A stretch of DNA of 64,000 bases from contig OX597828.1 of assembly GCA_951406725.2 (NCBI GenBank), positions 56,296,001-56,360,000 on the forward strand, in the 5' to 3' direction. Shown here piece after piece: positions 42,036 to 55,600 of the stretch. Position 1 is the first letter of the stretch; each line of letters opens with the position of its first letter. The stretch comes from Octopus vulgaris (taxonomy: Eukaryota). The translations under genes were made by a program, and so were the position numbers. Under the pieces are notes generated by a model that saw nothing but the letters and a program-made list of their open reading frames with translations, ran no database searches and had not been told where the DNA came from.

Positions 42036-43391
42036 ATGCCACAGAATACCAACACCTCGGATAAAACTACATATGAGGACATACTCAAAGAATTGAAAAG
42101 TATTAATACACAGCTAATTACCCTGAACAACAAAATCGAGGAATCAAACCTACTCGCCCGGGAAAGTAAAAGCAATGAAGATACAACTCGCTACACTGAC
42201 CAGGTTAGTAAGGATTTGCAACTGTTATACACAACACTAAATTCAATTCTTATCAGCAAATCCGAAAATAATAAACACACACCAAATGAAACACAGCAGG
42301 ACATCATACGCACCCAAATTAACCCAGCAAAAAGAAAAATAGGAAACATTTGGAATACAAACCTGCACAACAGAAAACTCGCCTTCTGGAACATGATAAA
42401 AAATTCCAACAAAGCAGATATATACGAGGGATGGATGAACTCAACACCAATTATCCTCCCACGCAAATTCCAGATAAAATTAATTCCTAACGAGCCTGAC
42501 GGACAGAGAACTATTAGGGAAAAGTCAGCTCTGTTCAATTTAAGATCAGAAATAGAGCTTCTAAGACTAAGGGCCTCCACAAATGAGGAAAAATTTAAAA
42601 GCATAGACGAGGAGATGCACAATATAATACAGAAACATACCGAGGGACAACCCCTCGAAAATACATTAGATCATTGGAAGGATACCTGTGAAAAAGAAGA
42701 GAGACATTCTCTCCTGCGCTGGGAGAAAAACATGGATTTCTTCCAAAAATATAGTTCAACTTTCAAAAATGAATTGTGTACAAATAATCCCTTCCTTAAG
42801 AAAATTACAAAAAATAAAAAAGAAAAACCAAACAACCCACGAACAATCCCCAACTATCCTCCATACACTAAAAACAGAAATCACCCACAACCAACCTTTG
42901 CAAACCACGCAAGACCTAACAGGGAACTAACTGACAGACGATGCGTCTATGAAATAAATTACACCAAAAACAGAACACACCAACAACATCCTAATACCAG
43001 ACCCAACCACCATACAGCACAAAACGACACTAGAATAAGAAATACACCACACACAAGTCGCTACTACCCCATGAACCAAAATTACTGGTCCCCACTGAAC
43101 ACAAGACAAACGCAAAAAAACACTATGTCAAGCGACATCCCACATACAAGCAGTTCCAACCAAAAATATTTCACATACAGAAATTTTACACACACCACAA
43201 ACAAAAACAACCATAGATTCCCACACACACACAACGATCGGGGGCAACAATACCACCATTCCCCCGACCCAATATCACACAACCTCACAGACAACTCATA
43301 CAAACAAAATTACAACCAACATTTTTTAGCCAGGGACCAGAGAAAACAGGACACAGGCTGGAACCTAATAATAAGGAAAAACCGAAGATAA
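42036..43391 (+). CDS. PLE ORF1 / N-terminal region (coiled-coil-like start, N/H/T/Q-rich tail)
   Basis: ~451 uninterrupted codons from ATG 42036. Heptad-like ILKELKSINTQLITLNNKIEE. Confidence 0.75.
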   Translation: MPQNTNTSDKTTYEDILKELKSINTQLITLNNKIEESNLLARESKSNEDTTRYTDQVSKDLQLLYTTLNSILISKSENNKHTPNETQQDIIRTQINPAKRKIGNIWNTNLHNRKLAFWNMIKNSNKADIYEGWMNSTPIILPRKFQIKLIPNEPDGQRTIREKSALFNLRSEIELLRLRASTNEEKFKSIDEEMHNIIQKHTEGQPLENTLDHWKDTCEKEERHSLLRWEKNMDFFQKYSSTFKNELCTNNPFLKKITKNKKEKPNNPRTIPNYPPYTKNRNHPQPTFANHARPNRELTDRRCVYEINYTKNRTHQQHPNTRPNHHTAQNDTRIRNTPHTSRYYPMNQNYWSPLNTRQTQKNTMSSDIPHTSSSNQKYFTYRNFTHTTNKNNHRFPHTHNDRGQQYHHSPDPISHNLTDNSYKQNYNQHFLARDQRKQDTGWNLIIRKNRR

Positions 43392-45678
43392 TCAATCTTT
43401 CAACCAAACCTCTTTCTAACATAAAAATTGACATCTTCTCAAAAGGGCTCAAATTTACACCAACTCCACGCAGAGCCAACCTAAATGAAATCAAGGATAA
43501 TATAACAGAATTTTGCAGAAAATTAAGACTAGCAGAAGCATCAACCAGTTTCAATACTGAAGATGAATCACTAGTCAAGATCAAAAGTGAACACATCCCA
43601 TACAGAGGAAGAAATAAAGATCTTGACGAATTCTGTAACCACATTGAGAACTTCCCTACCATACTATACATAAACAGAAAGCTAACCCAAATTTTAACAC
43701 TACACAATGGAAAGAACTGATAGAACTCCAAAATGATGAAGATATAACCATTAAGGAAGCGGACAAGGGAAATGCAGTTGTAATAATGGATACATCATAC
43801 TACAGAAATCTTGTAATTTCCTTGCTTGATGACGACCTACATTATGAAAAAATTACCAACTACACCCCACAAAAAATAATGAAAACTCTATCTTCACTAA
43901 TTAAAACCCATGAAAAGGAACTAACAACCAAAGAGATTGACTTTCTAACAAATTTTAAATACAAACCTAGCCTTTTCTATGATCTGCCAAAAATTCATAA
44001 AAGTCAAATTATAAATGAAACCATTAAAAAACCACCAAAGACATACATACACACACCTAACCCGGGGGACCTGAAACTACGACCCATTGTATCTGGCCCA
44101 ACCTGTGAAACACACAGACTAAGTCTATTTATGGACATCCTCTTGAAACCCATCCTTAAACATATCGATAGCCATATCAGAGATGACTTAGATATGTTAA
44201 ACCACCTTCCAAAAATAAGCCAAGGAAGAAACAATCCTGGTTTCATTTGATGTAGTTAACTTATATACCAGTATACCTCATAATTATGGACTAGAGGCAA
44301 TACAGTTCTGGCTGGACCAATTTCCGGGAGCAATACCAAAAAGGATCAGTAAAGAATTCATTACTAAATCAATTGAATTCATCCTACACAATAACCACTT
44401 CATGTTTGACAATACATTTTACCGTCAAAAATCCGGAATTGCTATGGGTACAAGGGCAGCACCAGTCATTGCGAACCTAACAATGGGCTACATGGAAATA
44501 ATCATTTACCAGGAATCTTTATCAATCTTTGGAAACCCCCTTCCTCAATACATAAAAGAGAATTGGAAACGATTACTAGACGATTGTTTTATAATCTGGA
44601 ATGAAAACACAGATAAACTCCTAAAATTTAAAAACCTATTGAACAGCATAAACCCAAATATACAGTTCACAATGGAATACAACCAAAAGGGGCTCCCGTT
44701 CTTGGATATACTAATTAAAAAAATTAACCTTAAAATAGAAACAGACATTTTTTACAAAGCCACAGACGCCAAACAATACCTTCTTTTTAATTCATGCCAC
44801 CCAAGACACACTAAATCAAACATCCCCTTCAACCTTGCAAGAAGGATATGCACAATAGTGTCAGAACAAAATACCAGGAACTTTAGACTGCAAGAACTCA
44901 AAAACACCCTAATTGACAGACATTACCCAGCTCAACTCATAGAGGATGGGATCAGACGTGCAACAGAAATCAACATAGAAACTTTAAGAAACGTTCAACA
45001 CAACAACACACCTTCCCCAAAAATACTACCTTACATATCTACATACAACCCCAGAAACAAAGAAGCCTTCACCATCATCACCCAGAATTTACCAATACTT
45101 CATAAGGACCCCAAATTAAAGGAAATTCTAAACATACACCAAATCATTAAAAGCTACAAACAACATAAATCACTTAAAAAGATTCTCACAAAGGCAAAAT
45201 TGTCTTCTGAAATTACGGATGCAAAAGTAAAAAATGTGGTAGATCGAACTGTGCAACATGTCCAAACCTGCTAGAAGGATCAGAATTCCTCTTTAAAGAG
45301 GGACAGAAATTCAAGATCAAATCTAACTTTACTTGTGCCTCTGAAAACATAATTTATGTCATAAAATGCTCGGGCTGCCACCAAGACTACGTGGGATCCA
45401 CGGGACTATCACTCAGACGTAGATGCACACGGCATCGACAACAGATTGCATTCCCAGAATACAGAATGATACCTTTTAGTGAGCACATTGCGAAATGCGC
45501 AAAGCAACTACTACCACAATTTTTAATCTTTCCATTTTACCAATGTGCTATCGGATCATCAACACAAATTAGACTAAACAAGGAAACATTCTTCATTGAA
45601 AAGTACAAGCCCAGACTTAACCATCCCAACATACTGATACAGAGAAATTCACACCAAGGGAAAGGAAAAACATTTTAA
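43322..45678 (+). pseudogene. PLE reverse transcriptase plus GIY-YIG endonuclease, with frameshifts at ~43655, ~44220 and ~45230
   Basis: IINLS...KGLKFTPTP, IKEADKGNAVVIMD, LPKIHK, LRPIVS, FDVVNLYTSIP, GIAMGTRAAP, LLDD, PFLD, CGRSNCATC, NIIYVIKC..C...YVGST. Confidence 0.92.
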
Positions 45679-45787
45679 GCGATTATCTCCCTTACACCGG
45701 AAGAAATCACTCATTACCTCCCCTTATTTAGAACTCTTTTGAACATAAACATAACGATAACTCTATTCAACATAAACATAACGTCGT

Positions 45788-45826
45788 AAGAAATTTGAAA
45801 AGCTAAATGCGAAACCGGTCTTTCTT
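45788..45826 (+). ncRNA. variant minimal hammerhead (U3-A8) in the 3-prime UTR
   Basis: Identical to 41813-41851. Confidence 0.65.
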
Positions 45827-45940
45827 CACAATTATCTCACGATAAGAGAAAAAAAAAATTAATATTCTTCAGACATATTGACGCAAATATATATTTTTTA
45901 ACATTTAAGCCTTCTGTAGTTTTTACACTTTTTACTATTT

Positions 45941-45999
<59 letters not shown>

Positions 46000-48785
46000 A
46001 CGGTATTATTGAAATACCATCACGATTGACAAGCGAATTATCAGCCATACAGGTAAATTAATAAAATATGTACATACATACACAAGGGTACTATTTCTAT
46101 CTTTCGCAATATAGGTACTCATGTAGTACCCTTGCGTATATATGTACATATCTAATATTGCATGTATATTTTATATATATATATATATATGCATACATAT
46201 ATAAATCGATAGACACAGAGATTAACCTATTATATATCTAATTCATATAACGTTAGGTTATCAGCTGCTCTTATCAGGACAGCATCAACCCCGCTCCCAA
46301 TGATCATCGGCAAATAAAAACTGGAATCCTCAAAATTCCACAACATTTGGGATTCGAAATCTCTGACTTTCAAAAGTGTTCGTATATCGACCATCTGTAA
46401 GAATTTAGGACTGAATTAAAAGTAATCGCTAAAATAGTCTCCACTTGTCCTCACTATCACAATCTTCATCTCATCTTGCCAGGATTTAGAAAACATCTTT
46501 CTCTGCGGATCCAGTTTATCTGGAAACTAATATGTTAAATGTCCATATGTTCTTTGATACTATAGAATGATATGGATAGGGACACCCCATAATTCAACCT
46601 ATCATAGAATAACTAAGATGTCCAACACATCTTGGCAGCAACTTTTCCAGCACTTATAGAAGTTAGCACTCGTGTATGTATCTGTGTGTGCATGAGTGTG
46701 TGTTTGTGTGTGGTGGGGAGCGTTGATGTGTCGGTGATTGTGTGTTTGTGTGCATATATGGAGTTGTGCTATGGTAGTTAATGTGTATTTATGCAACTGT
46801 TTGGAAGTCAGTCTTCTGGATTTATTTGCAGTTGAAAGACCCAGTTTTATCATATGTCATATGACATGTTTTCATGTTAGATGTATGATGTGACTAACTA
46901 TCTGTTGAATATTTAACCACTTAATCACTTTGAACGTTATACGGATATAGAATTAGAAGACTTATTGAATCTGATGTTTAGAGTGAAGTTTAGCTAATGT
47001 AAACTTTGATATTTCAGAATTTAGGACTCTTTTACAAATGTATAAGTAATTTTACGCAAAATAAAAAGTCTACCTTTTAAAACTGTTGCTTTGTTACACC
47101 ACATTTATATTATAAAGCATGCTGAGTTCTATTCAATATTTGATGTGCCGAGCGAACTGAATGTGAGACTAAAATCAATTCTAGTTATCTATTAGAAATG
47201 TCTATCTTACGCTGGTTAATAGCAAAATTCTATTACCAAGATGACGCATTCGTAGTACTTTTCAGTTTATCACCGGGGAGTCGTCATGCTAATATAAAAA
47301 ACTTGTATTAGTTTTATTCCACTTTTTTACTCGATTAATGGTTGGTTACTGAACCGAATAACCAATCCATTATTTGATTACGTATTTGATTTATCTATCA
47401 ATAAGTTACATTTGTTAAAATAATTTCCTTGTCATTAGCGATATATTTAATGACGGCTAAATATCTAAACAAAGGAATAATATAGAGTTCAAATAGGTTC
47501 AATACGTGTGTTTAATATTAATATAAAGAATCTATCGAGATATAAAAATTCTATTTAGCGCTCAAATCCAATTCAACTGTTTCAGCTTTTTCTCAAGCTC
47601 ATTGTTTTCTTTACTCAAACTCTATCGTATAACATCTGTAGTAAATTATAGTTTCTTAGAAGACGAAAATGTATATTTTTTTTATTACCTTCCTATATTC
47701 CTTGTACTGCTTTTGAATCATCGTTCTATTTACTTTTGATACAAGTTTTTTGTAATCACTTAAAAAAACAAACAAACAAACATGTAATTAGTAATGAGGA
47801 CAGCAATGGATCGTAATCTATTTTCTTTTTTTTCCGTTAGAATTACTTTTGCATTTTAGAAACTAATTTTCAACGTCTTGGGCATGTCTTGCGCCGTGTT
47901 ATACGCGAGTATATTAATTTCACAATGTAGCTTCTGTAGAAAGATGCCACTTTTATTATTTAAAAGACATAAATATTCCTTTCGTTTTCAATCAAGGCAA
48001 CTATCCTTTATATCAAAATCCGTTTCGAGAAAATGAACCATCTATAATTCACCAAAAGATTAATTGTTACAAAAAAGTTAAATAACTTCAAAGGAGGATG
48101 AGATTCACGTCAGGGTTTGGCTCTCCTGTGCGACGAATCTACTAGTTATTTAAGACTTCTGTTGTCTGTGATCTCGACTGCGTATTAAACTAGACGTCGC
48201 ATTTGCTTTATTTTGTGCTTGTATGCTATGTGTTAAAAGATGCAGACGCACATGTGAGTATTGAATTATATCGATATCATATGACTATCAATGTTTTCGT
48301 GATATAAACACTTTAATCTCAGAAAAGCACACCCACCTAACAAACTAATAGTTTACCATCACGTTTCCATTAAAATAGATATGTTCAGCCAAGTTTCAGT
48401 GCATTATATTCACACATATAGAGTGCAAAGAAATGGTTTTCCCGTTAGACAGTTTAGCATTGCATATAAGATAAGATAATTATAATTTAACAACAGAGAA
48501 TAATGGTTTCTTCTTCCTTTCAATCCAGTGCTCTGAAAATTATGTTGTGCATAGCTGAAATTATCTATTCCGGATTTCTTTAGCTGGTCCACAATTGATA
48601 ATTGAGCATTGCACAGGGAATTGCTGAAGGCTATAGCATATTTTCAAAACAATTTAGACAGTTAATTTGATAATATATACATGAAGCTGAAATTGCAAGG
48701 TAGAATTTCTTCAAGCAATATACCATTTATCTGATGAACTATCGGGAATCCTCTGAGCCACACCAATTTTACATTACCATATATA

Positions 48786-49173
48786 TCTCTCTATATATAA
48801 ACGGCAGTTTGTCTGTGCGTGTTTCTGTGTGTCTGTTTTCTCGTACCCTGACCCTGACCACGGCTTTCAACCGATTCTGATGAAACTTGACACACACATA
48901 GCCCAATGTCATAATTCAAAACTAACGCAGCGAAAATTTTGAAAAGTTAACCCCAGTTCTGAAAAAAATCGATAAATTCGACATGGGGTCGAGAATAAAA
49001 AAAAACAAACCACAGACTGTCTAGGGGACGCAACTCAACCTTTTTTTACTCTCAAAAAAAAATTTAGCATAATTTTTTTTCCATTTTTTTTGCTATTTTT
49101 TGGCTATAACTCTCTAAAAATGCTTTATAGTTATTTCCCTTACAAACCTGAGCAACGCCGGGCGATACTGCTA

Positions 49174-49174
<1 letters not shown>
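48786..49174 (+). mobile_element. non-autonomous Helitron
   Basis: 5-prime A|TC...TATATATAAA; subterminal GC hairpin CCTGAGCAACGCCGGG; 3-prime CTAG|T; no TSD. Confidence 0.85.
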
Positions 49175-49215
<41 letters not shown>

Positions 49216-49223
49216 TATATGTA

Positions 49224-49339
<116 letters not shown>

Positions 49340-51379
49340 CACATTAAACACTGTTGCTAAAACTTTTGTCCTTAGTAATTCATATTTTATCGAATATAAA
49401 ACTGTGTTTATATATAACATGTAACACGACGGCTTTGGAGAATTCTTTACTATATCAAATCAAATAAGTCGTGGTATATAGGTCATTCGATTTTAAATAA
49501 ATTCTAGTTAGTCGACTGTTTTTCATTCGTACAAATGGTTTGAGTAAAATGTTAGTAGTACCTTGTGGTTTAGTCAGCCAAATATATCTAACCATTATAA
49601 AAAGTTGGCTCGATTTGTTTCTGAAGTCAATATGTTCTATATACTTCTTCTATTTCTTTCACTGGTATAAAATGTTAAAGAATTAGCAATACGTGGGCTT
49701 TTGGCTACATTATGTCTACTTTAGTGTATAGCAAAAGAAGTTTGACGTCAGTATGAATAAACTAAAAGAAATTTCGCAGTGTACCTGACAAAATCAATAA
49801 ATGCATATGATTAGAAATTAGAATGAATTTTTCGAAATGTTACAAATATTGCTGGAAAGATTAGCTATGATATTTCAAGTGCAATGCTTGCTATTGTAGC
49901 AACAATTTCGCCAGATATTGAAGTGAATGAAGTGAAAATATGTTTCTAATATGCAAATGATTTCCTTCCGATTGCATTTAGAATACCCAATGGAATACTG
50001 CAAGTGAAAGTGTGGGGGGCGTTTAATGTTATTTTAGTGTGCTAAGTACGGATTTGTGTAGAAGCACTTATGTTTAAAGTGGAACAAAAACATTTTGCAA
50101 CTTTGTAAGTATTAGTGAAGTTTCAAATCGTTTCACATACAGAAACATTTGAACATCCGGCAAGCTACTTTAATACATTAAGTTCCATATCTTATCTTAG
50201 AATTCAGTATTCAAATCACATCGTGATTTACATTACTTTTTGAAGCTAAGATGATCTAAATAATACGGAGATGCTAACTAAATGGCAATTCAATTTACCT
50301 TAACTTTTTTAGCAGAATATTATCTTCTTCAGAAAATAGAAATCTCACCTTCTGTGAGCATTTCAATATAAGATATAGACAAATGAGGGTGAAAATAAAA
50401 TAAGAACAAATATACAGTCTCCACTGCACTTAATGGAAATGTGGAAATAAAATTAACGATTCAGGTATATAGCTTTTAATTCAGTGAACATATATATACT
50501 TATCTAACATTGAAACTACGTATCCATGGGAATCTGCTGAGGTTATTTTGATTTATTCCAAATATAAACCGTGATTAGTGATTGTATAAGTTACATTTTG
50601 AATGCTCGAGAAAAGAAATAATATTTAACGTAAATAGGTGCAGGGTTGGTTGTGTGGTAAGTAGATTGCTTACCAATCCCATGTTTCCGGGTTCTGTCTC
50701 ACTGCATGGCACCTTGGGAAAGTGTCTTCTACTATAGCCGCGGGCCGTCCGAAGTAACCTTTCGTATGCAATTTCATTGCAATTAAATTGCACAGGAGAG
50801 ATGAAGTAGCTGTCTTATTTCCATGAGCGTGCTTTAAATTACAGAATAGACAGTGTATTCAGTTTTGTGTCAATTTTAATAATATCATATGACTTGGAAG
50901 AATTATCTTGTTGACCCATGTACATCGGGTACAGATTGAGCTTGAAGAAATGATTTTGCAATCTCAGTGTGCAGATTGAAATAACATTATTTAACACAAC
51001 CAGCGCAAAATTAATATGTCTCCAGGTTGTATGCAGAATAATACACTGAATAAATAGGTTTGCTATTTACATTTTTTCCAGTATTTTAACGAGTAATCAG
51101 TTACTAGGTGATGGGTGGATACGTCAGTACATCGAATCTCGTTACCATCAGTAACTCATGCATATCTATACTAACCTTCCAACAAAAAGCATTTTACAAA
51201 GTTTAATTTTTATCGGCGAAAGTTACTTGTATATTATATGTAAGGAACATGTTCGCCTAATACTTGCGTTGTTGTCTAATACTGGGTTATGTATAGAGTA
51301 CTATCGATTTTATTTTCTGTATTCGTCATTGAAATTTTAAGAGAATGGATAATTATGAATCACCATTTTGGGAAATATA

Positions 51380-52601
51380 TTGGGTTGTCCGGAAAGTTCA
51401 TGCCAATATATCTTTCGACTTATTTTAGAACAGAGTTTAGTCCATAAAATAGAATTTGCCTATATCTCCATTTACAGCACAGTTTAAGCTATTTTGTCGT
51501 GGAAGAAGGTTTATGTGTTTATTCTGTAGCCTTTTAAAATGGAAGATAAGAAATTTCGTTTTCGGCACTTGATGCTTTTCTTTTTTCGTAAAGGGAAAAA
51601 TGCCTTGCAAGCAACAATAGAAATATGCGCAGTTTACGGTGATGTTTCTTTATCCGAAAGAACTGTACGGAAGTGGTTCGCAAGGTTCCGAGATGGAGAT
51701 TGAAGCCTTATTGATAAAGAACGATCAGCAGACCATCCACTACAAATAATGACCGAATCAAGTCATTAATTGAGAATAACCCACATTGCACAACCCGGGA
51801 ATTGGCGGAAAGCCTCAACCTATCAAAATCCGTCATTCATGAGCACCTGATAAAGCTTGGGTACACAAATCGCTACGATGTTTGGATACCAAATGAGTTG
51901 AGTGAGAAGAACCTTTTGGATCGCATTTCCATCTGTGATTTGGAATGAAAACGCGCACTTTTAAAGCAAATAGTGACAGGTGATGAGAAATGGAATTATC
52001 TACCGAAACGTTCAGAGAAAGCGATACTGGAGTAAGCGACATGAGCCACCCTTAGCCACACCAAAAACCGGTTCTTCACCCTAAAAATGTCTTGCTTTGT
52101 ATCTGGTGGGATTCGAAAGGAATTATGTACTATAAGCATCTCTCAAGTAACCAGACAATTAATTCTGAGAAATACTGCAGCAATTCAAGAGAAATGTGCA
52201 GAATTGGCCAACAGGAAGGGTGTTGTTTTCCAACAGGATAATGGAAGACTGCACGTTTCCTTGGGAAACAGACAAAAATTGCTGCAGCTTGGCTGGGATG
52301 TGTTACTCCACCCTAATATTCACCAGATATTGCCCCTTCGGATTTCCACTTATTCAGGTCTTTGCAGGATAAAAGAATATCTAATTCTTTGGATAACGTA
52401 AAAAGATACGTTGGTGAATTCTTTGCCATGAAACCACCTAAATTCTGGTCTGGGAAGCGTGTATTTTCAAGTTAAAAGAAAGATGGAGACGCATTATACA
52501 ACAAAATGTTTCATAATTGGTTGATTAAAAATGTAATGGTAAATATTTATTGACCTTTTTCTTTCCTTTAAAAATCGGCACGAACTTTCCGAACCACCCA
52601 A
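51380..52601 (+). mobile_element. full-length degenerate mariner with both TIRs
   Basis: TA|TTGGGTTGTCCGGAAAGTTCATGCC ... GGCACGAACTTTCCGAACCACCCAA|TA. Encodes WFARFRDG, WIPNEL, IVTGDEKW and FQQDNGRLH. Confidence 0.92.
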
Positions 52602-55600
52602 TATTTTAAGATAGAAAAATTTCAACTTTAAAACTCTCTTCAGTAAAACATCATACCAAAACATATTTATTTATACAATATGTTTTCCAGAATAATGCAT
52701 TTATGAATAAATTAATGCTGCAAAGATTTTACATATTTAGAGGATGTTGTGTTTAAATGACGCTTTTTGTAATTATAAAACTAATTTATAATATTTATTC
52801 ATGTATGATATAGTGGATTTATGGTCGTACTTTATTGTTCTTTGAACGTTTATAACTGCATTCTGTATTGAAAATCTCAAAATAATTTTGCGTGAAATAT
52901 ATATGCATTGGTGCCTTTTTACTCACACTTGATTAATAAATAAACTATTAAAGAACAACAATTACTAGAAGAAATTGTTAGCAATAAAGTCATTATAGTG
53001 TAAATGTGAATGGAATTTATTTTCCTGTTTATATGAAGATTCACATCATAAATTTTATCTTTGCAGGGAATTTGCACGTGATTATATCTGAATTTGTTTA
53101 AAGATATCCGCATTCTATACATATCGAAAGAAAAAATAATTCACAAAAACTGGATAACACCTCGATAAAATTATCAAATAAACGTTATTCGTAAACGCAT
53201 TAACTTTAACACTCAAGAGTTTGTTTTATGCAATCTATAAGAATGAATATGGATTCTTCAAGTAAGTTAAGCTCTGAATAATTGGGAAAACTAAAAAATG
53301 ATATTATAGGGCCAGACATCTTGACTTAGTGGAAAGAAGCTAAACAATAAATGGAAGCTATATTGTTTTCAAAACTATTAAGTTAGCTGCTATCGAACTT
53401 AATATGTTAAAAAAAGGCAGTAGACGATTGTGTACCGTGAAAAACATATGACTGGATATTTGGAATAAGATGTTTTGAATTCTTACGCTAGCCATATTTA
53501 TACTATATATAAAAATATACGCATATACATGTACATACATGTGTGAGTATGTTTATATTTAAACTTATATTCACACATAGATACATACATACATATATAC
53601 ATACATACATACATACATACATACACAGATGTACATGTGTTTGTGTGTATTACATTAAAGGGATTTAAAAATCCGAAAGATCCTGCATCTTAATAGATAG
53701 ATTCATTTTAAGATAATCGTTCCATAAAACCTAACGTTTCAGGGAAAATTTACTAGTTGCCGAGTTAAATATTGTCTGGTCAAAAATCGAGATGGTAAAA
53801 GTACTGCATTCATTCATTTATCATAATCGTTTGAACACTATGCATTCAAACACATGAATATAAATGATTGTGTAACATTACAGAATTCTATACATATTCT
53901 TCTCTTTACATACCTTGTCTAAAGAGATATGTTGAATGTTTTAACAAACAATGCAAAGACCCCCTTTCTACCCGTTCTCAGTATTGCCACTGCTGCTTCT
54001 GTTATTCTTCTCCGTCGTTGCTTCTGTTATCATTCATTAATAGGTAGCATTCCGTCCGTCATTACGTTTTGAGTTCGCATTCCACCCAAGTCAGCTTTAC
54101 TTTTCAAAGTTTCAGGATCGATAACATTATTCCAAAGTACCAGTTGAACACCGGAGTTGATGTAATCGCATACCATTCCACTAAAATAGACTGCTTCTCA
54201 AAAAAACTTTTAATCACTATACGTCTATATGCGAAGCTTTCTCAAGACGAATACTTCAGTTTGTGACTTTCAATATGTATATTTATTTTAAATAAGATAT
54301 ACATAATGATATTGTGAACCACTGTTTCTTCACTTAATAACAACGAATGGTTACCCGACCCACCAGCTATTTACAACACCAATGATTTGATAATTACTGT
54401 TTTCCTATATTAGTAGAGGTGAAATTTCTTTAAACCGTTTGAACAGTAAATCAAATTGGAGCTGGCGGAATGGTTAAGCAGCGGAAAATGAAATGTAGAG
54501 AGGCATTTTGTCCGTCGTTACATTTTGAGATAAAATTCTACCGACGTCGAATCTGCCCTTCCATCGTTTCGGAATCGATAAAATAAGAACCAGTTGAACA
54601 CAGGGGTCGATGTAATCAACTACCCTACCCAAATAACAGGCATTCTACTTATAATAGAAAGAACTGTTTATTAATAGGATGATAGTGATTGTGGTGGTTT
54701 TGTTTCAAATGCTACAGTTTGTTGTTAAAGTATTTCCGGCGATTGCAATTGATTCTTCCATCCTTCTTTTCATTCTACGATTTCCTTTCATTATTTCTGA
54801 TGCTGCTACTATTATTGTTATTGTTATTCTTGTTTTAATTATTTACATTTTATGATTTCTGCAGTTTTGTTTTTCATTCCAATCTATAATTTATCTCGCT
54901 TTACATCTGCAGAATAATTATATGCAATTTATTTATAAAATATTCTAAAGCTATGAGATAATTCCATGGAAAAGCATCACGAATTCCACTTCATATAACA
55001 AACATTCGGAAAAGCTGAGCAGCTCCTCTCAATCTTTGCAAGTTTATGGAACTGACATAAGAAAATTATCGGAACTAGAATTTTGAAAGGAGATAAAAAT
55101 AAAGCACGACGTGATGCTGACACCACCACCATCACATCCATCAGTTGCAGCATCAAAAACTGCAACAACCACCACCACCACCATCACAACAACAACAATG
55201 TCTACAATAATAAGAATGATGAGGTGATAGTTATGATGATTGTCTTAGTTAAGTTCATTTGGTGGTGGTGGTGGTGGTGATAGTGTTGGCTGCATTTGTG
55301 GTAGGATGGGTTATTTTGTCAGTGACTGTGCTGAAAATAGGACATGTATATACCATAGTGGTGATGTTGTAGGACGTAAAATTTGACGATGCCAAGTAAA
55401 GCAAAACAATACAAAACAATACAATTGCAAAATGCAAGGACGTAATTTTACGATATCTCGTTGAGGAAATAACTGTGCTATACAATTTTCTTCAGCAATT
55501 ATTAGTGAAGTCGAAATCTAAATTCAAACGTTATACATAGGGAATGGTATTTGAAAATCTTCAGTGAATGCAATTTCTTTTCTCAGTTATCTTTAACTTA

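Larger units (their letters stand above)
41546..45943 (+). mobile_element. Penelope-like retroelement (Neptune-type), near full length, with upstream pLTR
   Basis: pLTR 41546-41968 repeats 45521-45943. It encodes RT, a Cys-rich linker and GIY-YIG, and ends in (TC)n(TA)n. Confidence 0.95.

Noticed and set aside
44911-45205. The 295-bp segment missing from the inverted copy, considered as a spliced intron
   Set aside because: Its ends are not GT-AG on either strand. A microhomology deletion is the simpler explanation.
48731-48890. Isolated CTGATGA heptamers (48731, ~48877; also ~3762 and ~57019)
   Set aside because: I could not assemble the flanking stems or a correctly placed GAAA...UH.
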